Below, piece after piece: positions 51,396 through 61,616 of a stretch of DNA of 64,000 nt (the first letter of the stretch is position 1; every line of letters starts with the position of its first letter). A program made the position numbers and the translations under genes. Source of the stretch: Rhodosorus marinus CCMP1338 (taxonomy: Eukaryota > Plantae > Rhodophyta); assembly GCA_029953675.1 (NCBI GenBank), contig JAMWBK010000009.1, positions 1,550,001 through 1,614,000 on the forward strand. Direction: 5' to 3'. The notes under the pieces are model-generated. The model searched no databases. It was not told the DNA's origin and saw nothing but the letters and a program-made list of their open reading frames with translations.

Positions 51396-52195
51396 ATGAC
51401 GGAGGTTATGCTCTTTAATCGATGGTCGTTTGACGACGTTGAGGTAAGTAGTTTGTATTCTTGTTTGTGGAATTGTCTGGGATTGTTGAGGGGGAAACCA
51501 ACGACAGGTTGCTGGTGAAGAGGAGTTTTCGTGGGATTTTGTGATTAAGGTCGTCTTGTTTTGTTGGATGGGATTGATTAGGTTGGAGACTTTGGACTCG
51601 CTCAGTATATTGCGGTGAAGCAGTATGGAAATAAGGTATTCATCCCCCATACCTCTGGAAGATATCAGAAGAAGAGGTTTAGAAAGGCGTCATGCCCGAT
51701 CGTGGAGAGATTGGTTTGTTCCCTTATGATGCACGGCCGCAACAATGGGAAGAAGTTGATGGCCACCAGAATTGTGAAGCATACGTTTGAGATCATTCAT
51801 CTTTTGACGGACGAAAACCCAATTCAGGTAGGCACACTGCCGTCGTGTTTGGATGTAGTCATGAGAAAATGGGACAGAATTCTAACAAGCGAGTCTATGG
51901 GAAACTGTAGGTGCTTGTAAATGCTGTTGTCAACTCCGGACCGCGCGAGGATTCCACTCGTATTGGGTCAGCGGGAACTGTCCGCAGACAAGCCGTCGAT
52001 GTGTCTCCGCTCCGAAGAGTGAACGTTGCGTTGTACCTTCTCACGACGGGTGCTAGAGAGGCTGCGTTTAGATCCATCAAGACAATTGCTGAATGTCTTG
52101 CCGACGAACTCATCAATGCCGCCAAAGGAAGCTCAAACTCCTACGCTATCAAGAAGAAGGATGAAGTCGAACGTGTTGCCAAGGCAAACCGTTAG
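51396..52195 (+). CDS. RPS5: 40S ribosomal protein S5 (uS7), 3 exons
   Basis: [11 protein letters not shown]|...[65 protein letters not shown]. Confidence 0.99.
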
Positions 52196-52784
52196 AGGCG
52201 TGATAATTTTTTAAAAAGACTTGTGAGTTGCAAATTCGAGTGGAAGTAAAACGTGAAGATCGAGACTATATACATTGTCCACGATTTGGTTCATTTCAGG
52301 CAGTGCGATTCGTTGTTGTATCCCTCCAACGCTTGAGCCTAACAAGTTGATACAGTGAAATTGAAACTAGCTAAGATCACGCGAACTCACATCCCCCTCC
52401 AATATTGACATTTTTCAAGCGAACTTCTAAAAAGAGGAATCCATTCTCTTGGCACGGCCCCCCCATGGGACCTATCATTTGCATAGACTTTGAACTGCCC
52501 CAAGACGAGGTTCTTCTGCCGAGGAATCCCTTTCGAGATAGAGCTACTCTTCAGTGGATTGAGCATTCCGTTCTGAGCATAGGAGAGAGTTAACGAGGAA
52601 GGATGTGAAGCGAGCGAGCTATTATAGACTTTCGACAAGCAGAGGTGGAGTATAAGCCGCACACGGACGCCCAGGAACTAGCGTTCCGTACCGTAAAATG
52701 GATGGATTGGTTTGAAACTGTACAGCAAATATTTAATGAACGGATGTTCGAGTAAGCCATCCTCGGCGGGAATACAGTTGTGTG

Positions 52785-54644
52785 CTAGCTCTCTAATGCC
52801 TTTCTGAGCGCATCATTCTTTCTGATCAGATCGTCCACAGCATCTTTCAACTCGGCGTTGCACTGTTCAAGCTTTTCCATCTTCGCCTTCGCGGCCGTAC
52901 GAGACTTCAATGCAGCCTCACGATTTCGGACTACCTTGGGTTTTGCGTCGTTCGAGGCCATCGTTCGGCTTCGATCGTAACCTGCTGGCTCCTGACTCAG
53001 TGAACTCCGCTTTAGACCCGGGATTGCAGCCTTGCCTACAGGCGCTTGATATGGAGCCCAGGGAAGCATGTTAACCGGCGGGACCGCCATCCCGTTGGCT
53101 GGTATCCCCATCAGTGGTGCTACAGGCACCATTGGTGCTACAAGAACACTCTGGGGCGCAACATTTGAAACCGCAGGTGCAGCTTGATTCATGCCCGCAA
53201 GTGCAGCTTGACTCATGCCCGGAAGTGCAGCTTGATTCATGCCCGGAGGCGCAGCTTGATTCATGCCCGGTGGTGCAGCTTGATTAACGCCCGCATGTGC
53301 AGCGTGATCTACACCCGCAGGAGCTGGTTGATGAATCGCTGATGGAGCGGGCGGGGTTATCATCGTGGGTGTTATCACTGGTGGCGTCACTGTTGTGGGT
53401 GCTGAGACTAGCGTCGGAGTCCTTGTGGTTACCATCGACGGTGCCGCCGCGGATGCGATAGTCGGCGAGCGACCAGCGGGCATGCGGAGACCTACGCCGT
53501 TCGACGAATCGAGCGTAGGTCTCAATGTGCGGACTTCCGATGGTACGCAGGAGTTGGGACCGGTTGGCAGAGCCGAATACCCAATGTGGTCAGATGCACC
53601 ACTCCTGGGCAGGTCGACCTGCTCCCCCAGGCCCTGCTCCCGAATAGACATAGCTTCCGTCTTCTGGCGGTTCCCACTCGCTTCCCTTGTCGGCAGACCC
53701 GTTGAATGAACCTCTTGGTGGTTTCCTGCATCCATGCTCAAGTCCCCTTCATCGGGCAAGTCCTTCATGGCACTGCCACTCCCTCCATCCCCAGAAAGGG
53801 GCATGACTCGGCTACCATGTTTTTCCTCACCAGCAGCTGCCCTGTAGTCATTGATCGTTTCCGAAGTCACTTTTGATGGTATTCCGGATAGTGGCTGTGG
53901 TAAACCAGCGAGCACGGATTCCGCACTACTCCGCTTCTGTCTGCTTAACGCGTGTATACCCGGAGGGGACAGCAGGTCTCTTTGCTCATCACCTCCTATT
54001 TGTGAGTCTGACCCTCTCTGCCACGGCAGTTGACTCATCTCCCACTCTCCATCACGGATACGTTGATGGTTTCTGGATTCTGGAGGTCTAAGTGGAGTCA
54101 GCAAAGGCTCCAGTAATCTCCGATTTTTCAAGGCAGACAAATCGTTGAGTAGTGGACTGTACAGGTTGCTGTCATTCTTGAGTGGATCATCCAAAGAGTC
54201 AACCGTCATCACTGGCTCGAGATGCGAGCTCTGTCTCGGCCGTTTGAGGGGCAATGCCCTCTCAGTAGGTGTAGGGATATTTGACATTCGTTTACGACTG
54301 TCCGGTGTGAGCTGCGGGAGCGGAAAATCACTGTGCTTGCTGTAGCTTGGACTGAGGCCCACGAATCTAGAGAGAAAGGAGGTAGGCGTCCCAGCAGAAA
54401 GGGGAGTTCTGTTGAACGCTGACGGGGAAAACATTCTTAACGACGCGCTCAAGTCATCTCCCCCACGCTCGAGTGGTACCGTGATCTAAAGAAAGTACAA
54501 GTAATCAGGAACCAACATTATTTTGAGAGCGAACAGCGTTAGACGTATCGCCATCAATCCTACCTTGTCCCCAGATGACTTCCTCAGGCCAGCTTTGGGG
54601 GGAGGCAGTTTCCCCAAAGGCAGGGGTTGCAGCTCTTTTCGCAT
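52785..54644 (-). CDS. bZIP transcription factor with long disordered N-terminus, 2 exons
   Basis: C-terminal NREAALKSR (N-x7-R) plus heptads LEQCNAEL KDAVDDL IRKNDAL; first exon MRKELQPLP...GDK|GT spliced to ITVPLERGG. Confidence 0.85.
53179..53336 (-). repeat. 24-bp coding minisatellite, about 6.5 copies, encoding (AAPPGMNQ)-like octapeptides
   Basis: gcagcttgattcatgcccg units at 53179, 53203, 53227, 53251, 53275 and 53299, with a degenerate copy at 53323. Confidence 0.92.
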
Positions 54645-55524
54645 GTTCCCTTTCCTTAGGCTTCCCAACTAAGCAACAAAACGATTAAACAGACGCTCTC
54701 TTCGCAACAACGAACGGAGCAAGAGGGTCACAACTTTTTCAGGCACCAAGCCCTTCGTCCGACCCGATAATTAACCACGCCTTCGCTTATCATAATCCCC
54801 CTCCAACATATTCTCAAACCTGAAAAGGAACATAATCTAACACCCTCCTTAAGCCCCAACCGTCCACATTAAATACAAGGTTACAAAACCCCAGGAAAAC
54901 TCAAACCAGAATCTCGTTCTTATCCGTCGTACAAATTAGTAACCATCTGGTCCTTCATAGAAAACCCCCTCCAAGCAAAATACATCAACCTCACCGCCCC
55001 CCAAACATCGGGATCCGAACCTCCCAGGTTTCCCCTCTTCTCCTAACACCTTCCTCCCTACCCAAAAACCCAACAATTAAAAAAACTCACCTAACAGAAC
55101 AGAACAAAAGAACCTCTAAGAAATGAGTGCATCAGAAAACATTATTCGCCTGGGAAGCCGGAAAACCTTGTATTGATTGATAGAAGAATTACAATGTATT
55201 TTAGGTAGTTGGATCTCTTTAAATTGACTGCTCCATGGAATCCGAGATTGATTCACGATTGGCTTTTAGAGTCATATCGAAAACTTAGCCCAATGAGAGC
55301 TATTTTGATTGATTGAAGTTTAATAGACGAATTTTAAGTATGTTAGTCTTTTAAATGGATTGATTATCTAGTGACAGATATTAGTATTATTGAGATATAG
55401 GCGGTTGATGTAAGTTTTTGGGCATAATTATTTGTATATGTAACAAAACAAATTGATATTAGTCTCTGTAGTTTGTAAAATAGTATATAATAGAAAATTA
55501 ATATGTATCAATGTAGGTGACTGT

Positions 55525-56430
55525 TGATGAGAGTATTGCGTCCACTTGTAAATTGATACTTTTCGGAAGCTTACACAGGATGGCACTCTTTATCGTTAAA
55601 ATGGTGTGCGATTATAATATATACTATATATATTGGAGCGTGGTTGTCGGCGTACAGAATTTCACACCGGCAACAGCACGCGATACCGCTCTGGCGTATT
55701 CTCACTTTGATCCACTTGTTGTTTTTCCCCCAGACTTCCACTTACACAACTCTATCAATTACTACTCACGGAAGCCTATTTATACCCTAAGACTGGGTCA
55801 CCCGAGACCAAAGTATAGCTGGTTAGCCCTACTCGAACTACGATCGTGTTCCAGCATACCCCCGGAGGCCCTGTCTCACGGGTCCTCCCGAGCCAGAGTC
55901 CAGGAACTCATTCGCCTCTCAGAGCGTCCAGCTCCTCCTGAGTGGGATGATGCCAGTACGTCCGTGCCTCTCCACTGACCTGGGCACGCTGCATCCGATC
56001 GATGTGTGTACCAAGGTTTGTAAGGCCGTACCGTCCGGTTCGGCTAACTTGTAAGCGTTGAACACAGTCGGCGTTCCAGGATCCGAGGAGGAGGTCGAAG
56101 ATGCCGATATTGGCCTTTGGTCTTCGTCTCGTTGGTGAGCAGGACGGAATCGCCAGGCTTCAGCGTGTCCGCTAAGACCTTCCGATCGCAGTAACGCGCC
56201 TTTTGTTGCTTTGAGGCCTCGGCCTTCAGTGTGACCGCCTCGCGACTCCCACCGAGGTCCTCGAGCTCTTTCCCTTGCGCGTGTACCGAAACATCTTCCT
56301 CGATGGGATCAGACAGCATCGGGGCCTGCGTCAGTCCGTGCGCCCGCGGTTTCACCCCGTATAGGATCTCGAACAGCGTCATTCGACCATGCCCAGTACA
56401 CGACGCAAATGGGGTCAGGGAGGAAAAGAA
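55525..56430 (-). mobile_element. Decayed Ty3/Gypsy LTR-retrotransposon 3' fragment (integrase tail, PPT-like tract, candidate LTR)
   Basis: MTLFEILYGVKPR...KQQKARY.DRK...LKPGDSVLL and frameshifted YKLAEPDGTALQTLVH resemble the Gypsy integrase C-terminus. A G-rich tract is followed by TG at 55856, with TATAAATAG inside. The LTR end is uncertain. Confidence 0.75.
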
Positions 56431-56434
56431 AAGC

Positions 56435-57173
56435 TGAGTTCCAGCTGAGAGGTTCCTAGGGATGTTGGAGGTGCTGCCGGGAACAGATTTCTCAATATTG
56501 GTGGATTTCCGGGGTTCGAGGAGCGAGCCTCGGGAGAAATGGACCCTCGGATAGACGACGTGCCGATGGAGGAAAAACATCAACGACTCCCTGCCCAGTG
56601 GCTGCAGGTCTTCGTTAGGTGGCGTGGACTGCTCTACGGCTGCTATTAAGCTGTTAATACGGTGGCAGTTGTCGTTGGTGATCCTGTAACGCTGCTGCCA
56701 CTTGCTCCGTTGTGCGCTGCTGCAGACCTTCGCGGACCTGCTCGATGAACAGCAACGTACGATCGACGTTCGACGGCGGTGACGATGTAGTTTCTTAGAT
56801 AGCGCTGGGAGTGCTTGGTTGCTGGAGCGTTAACGCGACCGCCCTGATGCTCTTTCCCGGCTATATGCTTCTTTGAGTCTGCTCTCTGACTCGCTTTCAT
56901 GCTGCCCTAGTTTGGAGGTGCCCTCTCTACCTGTCCTAGAGTACCTCATTGGCGGACCTTAAGCCTCCGAATTAACCGATTGATAATATAGTTCTCTACA
57001 TCGGCGCTGATGAGAGTCGCTTGTCAACGTAGTCTTAGGATATACAAAGGCTTTGATTTAGCTTGTGAGACAGTTCCAAGTAGATGGAAATCTGAGAGAA
57101 AAAGACGCGCTAAGTTCTAGCTGGGGGGTTCGGGAGCCGTGTTGGAGGTATTGCCAGGAACAGATTTCTCAAT
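56435..57173. repeat. About 62-nt dispersed direct repeat (56435-56496 and 57111-57173)
   Basis: Core tgttggaggt..tgcc.ggaacagatttctcaat is 31/34 identical; upstream 21 nt are 17/21 identical. Confidence 0.85.
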
Positions 57174-57305
57174 CTATAAAAGCGTCACTGTAAACTGTGC
57201 ACGTTGAGTGTTTCCTTAAACAAGACTCTTAATCGTATGAAGCTGGGGGAAATTCACTTAATCATATTTTGATATTTTTCTTACAATCTTGGTTAAGAAT
57301 TTCGA

Positions 57306-57333
57306 ATCCATAGAAGGAATACCTTCTATGGAT
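57306..57333. repeat. Perfect 12-bp inverted repeat with 4-nt loop
   Basis: atccatagaagg-aata-ccttctatggat. Confidence 0.9.
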
Positions 57334-57827
57334 CGATAGGCAAGTGCTGGATACGGATGGGACGTCCCAATTCGATCGGGATGTTGCGGTGATGCGTGGC
57401 AGCTGTAACAATAGTGTACAGGAATGGCATAGGCTTCGCGCAAGTATGGATTTGTACGCACCACAGAGCCGTTCTAGAGAAATGTCTTTGTTCCGTCAGT
57501 TTGCTTTTAATGTAGATTCAAGCTCACTCGTATCCTCCATAGATTCTCCGCAAGGACAATGACTTTGCGATCAACCGTCTTCAACAGGACGAAAAGCGGT
57601 TCTGAGAAGCGGCTCCGCTCGATCTCACTGAATATCCGGCTCCTGAGCTAGAGGACGGTTTCGCAGCTTCCAGCTGCTCCTTTGCAGGGTAGATTGCTGT
57701 ATCTACTTAAAACTAAAAATCGAGCGTTCGAACAAAGGGGCCTTTGGGAGCTTCTTCCCGCTAAAATCGAGATCGGGCGTTGTGCGGTTCTTCGTCCGGA
57801 CTCTGTGCCTGAAGTCGGAATAACAGA

Positions 57828-59598
57828 ATGGGGACCCTCATCAGATTGTCTGTTGGTCTTGTGACGACAGGGTCGGTTGCGGCGTGGGCGGTACTAAACG
57901 ACCGCATCGATGTATATCGCTTTGGCGGTGGTAGGGTGAGTTCGGAATCTGATTCCTTTATTCGCCACGGCTCCCTGCGCGCTAAAGCTTTTATTTCCGT
58001 TAACATGCGTAGATAATTCAGCTCCTGGACCCGGAGAATGCACACAAATTTGCTATCTTCGCAGCCAAGCGGGGCTTCGCACCGCGCCAGCAGCATTCGT
58101 ACTCTGAGTGGGAGGGCCTACAAACACAAGTCTGGGGACGGTATGAACTCTCATAATTCAATACGGAACTATCCAGTTTTTCCCTGAACAAAGGTTGTCA
58201 CTCCTTAGGCACTTCGCAAACCCAATAGGATTGGCGGCGGGCTTTGACAAGCATGCAGAGGCGATTGATGGATGCTTGGCCATGGGCTTCGGTTTTGTTG
58301 AGGTCGGCTCCGTTACTCCAGAACCACAGCCAGGAAACCCCAAGCCAAGAGTGTTTAGACTCATCAAGGATCGTGCTGTTATTAACAGGTATGTGTCACC
58401 GTCTCAAAGGAGCTTGGGCAATAGGCTTCTGATCAGCATCTAACGCATCTCGGGTACTATGCCCAGGTACGGCTTTAACTCTGTGGGATTAGAAGCATTC
58501 GAAAAGAATCTCAAGGCTCGGGAATCACAGCATGAAGTAGGTGTGGCAGATAATCTCCCCATGGCGGTTCCACAAGCTAAAACGTTATTCATCTACTTCG
58601 TCCAGGTACAACCTGGAGTCGTAGGAGTCAATCTTGGAAAGAATAAGACCACACCTGAGGCGGAAGCTGGCGTAGACTACTCTAGGGGTGCTATTAAGCT
58701 CTGTGAATACGCTGATTACATCGTCGTGAATGTGTCCTCTCCGAATACGCCCGGGCTCAGGAACCTGCAGGGAAAGGTGAACAGGAACGAGAAGACGCCA
58801 TTCAGCTCTGGCGGCTTACACTGTGGACTGACTGCGTTCGCGCTTGGCGTTTTCTGCAGGATCCACTTCGGAGCTTGCTCGGCAGTGTTGTGTCCGCTCG
58901 TGACAGTGCTTTGGCGTCTCGCGCACACGATGCAAGGCCTCCTATCCTGGTAAAGATTGCGCCGGATCTCCATGAACACAATCTCAGAGATGTGGCTGAG
59001 GTAAGAGACAGAACAGATATGCTTGCTCGAGAACGCCGAATACTGATTCTGAACGGTTTCCTAGGTCGTAATGGAACTCGGCATTGACGGCATCATTGTT
59101 AGCAATACCACTGTCGGCCGACCGGACAAACTGCTTTCTTCCTCGGATGTTGTGAAAGAAGCAGGTGGCCTGAGCGGACCCCCTCTGCGAGAGCTATCCA
59201 CCAAAATTCTAGGTGACATCTACAGGTTTGCCGGTCATCCTTCGAAATCGCAGGCTTCGTTTCGGTTCTAACCGCCGTCTTGCAACATGTCACGCCAGGC
59301 TTACTGAAGGAAAGGTGCCCCTGGTTGGCTGTGGTGGCGTAAGTACAGGGGAAGATGCTTACATGAAAATACGGGCCGGTGCATCGCTTGTGGAGCTCTA
59401 CACTGCCCTGATCTACGATGGTATGCCCCAGTCGTCGGGAAACATGGAATTCTGGACAACTGCTGAGCCGAAAATTACTCTGTGCCTTTATCAGGACCAA
59501 GAGCCGTATCTCGGATAAAGGGTGAGCTAGCCGAAGCTCTTCAGCGCGACGGATTCAAGAGTGTTCAGGAAGCTGTCGGGGCAGACCACACGCAGTGA
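57828..59598 (+). CDS. DHODH: Dihydroorotate dehydrogenase (quinone), class 2, multi-exon
   Basis: [46 protein letters not shown], catalytic [30 protein letters not shown]. Confidence 0.97.
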
Positions 59599-61025
59599 GA
59601 AGCAGTAGGGGGATCTAGAAACCCGTCCTGCCCGAAAATCTTTGAATTTGACCACTAACAGAAGATCGAACTAGCAAGGAGAAGCAGTACGTCTTGCGAA
59701 AACGTGGCATTCAAGCGAAAGCGAGCTGGTGACACAACGCTGAACACAGACAACTCATTTCGTACCTGACCCCCAGAACTGCGGATCGATCCCGCCTCGG
59801 AATCGCTAAAGTTAAAAGACACTCGGAAATGACTGAAGTTTTTGCTTTGGACATGGAAACGTGTTTTCAAATCTTTTTCGCTTATATCATAGCCCGTGTT
59901 CATATGGGCACAACTACTTCAACATTCTTAAGAGCAATTGGACTCGAAAAAAACAAACACAAAACATGAACACGATGCGGGGAGATGGGATGGCGATACC
60001 CTCTTTTTTTTGTAGATACATTTTCTTTGTCCTCCATTATCGGGACTAGATAATTTAAACAAAAAATTGAAAACGTTTCGATTTCACGAAAGAACCCCAT
60101 CCTTCTCCTTCCTCCCACCTCTCCCATTGGGACCAAAATGGCCCGCGATCGATCAACATCCTATTTTTCCCATCATCTGGTGTTTTTCAGGCAAAAACTA
60201 TCATCAATCGGAAGAGATGTCGGGGGTTAGTAGACTTCTCCCCGGTCCAGATCTATGCTCTAAATATACATGAAAATAGTTTTTTGCGTGGATCTGTTTC
60301 TTGAACACAGGGGTTCAAAGGGAGACTTTTTTTGTAGTTCGGGGTTCGTTTTCTCCGTTTTGATTAATAAAAAATCGAATTGTTGGACGAAAAGGGCGAA
60401 CTATGGGTTTTTTATGAAGAAGAAAAATCGTTACTTTTAAATGCCTTTTAATACTCCAAAAAATACGGATTTTGATTCGGTCCTCAGTGCTCTATCAGAA
60501 AAATCACGGAAATCTCGGGATACTTGTCACCACTCACCTCAGGCGTCGTGAAATGGATCAGTCAAATTTATTCCTCCTAATTTGTTCTTTAAAACTGACT
60601 TCAATCATTTATGTCGCCTGCGTTTTGAGGTGATTTGAGCAAACGTTTTGGATGAGGGGGTGACGCTTAAGAATAGTGTTGATCTCTTTCATACAGATTT
60701 CTGGGGTTTCGTGGGGTTTCTTTGATTTCGGTGGGAGTATCGTCGGGTTTTGCTTTGGGTTTTCACTGGATGCGCATCCAAGTGGAAATGGGGAAATAAA
60801 GCAGCCAATTCCGTTCAGGGTTTGTTTTTGGGCGATTTGGTTTTTGGGGAAGGTGGCGATCAAGTGGGACTTGATTTGAGACAAGGAGAGGCGGGTGTTG
60901 GAGGGAGAGCGCGACGAGATAAAAGGGCTTTGGGGGATGGTGTAGTATGGGGTGGGAGCGATCTAAGATTTGATTCAGACAGGGCAAGGGGATGAATGTA
61001 GGATATATAGAATAATTAGTACATC

Positions 61026-61042
61026 TATATATATATATATAT
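61026..61042. repeat. (TA)8 microsatellite
   Basis: seen directly. Confidence 0.85.
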
Positions 61043-61616
61043 CGAGTAATCGGTTCTTTTCGTTGATTTGATTTGGTAGCATTGAGTTTTGTGCTCTACA
61101 GCTGTTGCTGTTGGTGTTTTCATTTCGGTTTGCGGAAGTGAAGTTCGACGGGACGACCTTTTCGCGCACGTTTGTCTGGGAAAGCAAGGCGGAAGCTTCC
61201 GGGTGAGCGGAACATTTTCCGTGGAAAGGAGGTTATGGGAGACCGACATGCTGGGATGGGATGATTGCGAATTGTCGGAATCCTTGTCGCGCGATGGAAA
61301 GTGCTGAGTGACAGCTGAAGAGAACGGAGAGCTGATATGTCCCAAAGTGTTCGCGGTGAAGGATCTGTTCTAGGCAGAGTTGAGTCTTGTGTTTTGTGTT
61401 GAATCAGCAACTTGGTCAGGTGCATAGGACGGTACGCATATCTGAATCGGAATCGTCTCAGTGCGGGGTTCCTTCGTCGCCCTTTCGATTCACAAGAATC
61501 TGCCGGATGGGTGGGAAGGAAAAGCCCCAGGCAACGCCGAATGAGCTTCTAATCAGGCTTACCCTTTTTTTACCCCTGTTTCGTCACCACACAGGACAGC
61601 TGGCTGTATCTACAGA

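Noticed and set aside
52560-52620. gaggaagg...gtgaagc resembling U3 boxes C'/B
   Set aside because: No box A/A', C or D in the right order; probably bZIP 3' UTR
55525-57018. Shared tgatgagagt at 55525 and 57009 as paired LTR ends of one intact element
   Set aside because: Only 10 nt are shared and the flanking 300 nt do not align
57306-57352. Hairpin as a Helitron 3' end
   Set aside because: No correctly placed CTRR followed by T on either strand
57344-57562. 72-aa ORF upstream of DHODH
   Set aside because: No consistent spliced model or motif found
25498-60281. Recurrent TGAAAATAGT and TCTAGA words in AT-rich islands
   Set aside because: Also present in coding sequence; counts are not clearly above expectation for AT-rich DNA without a formal test
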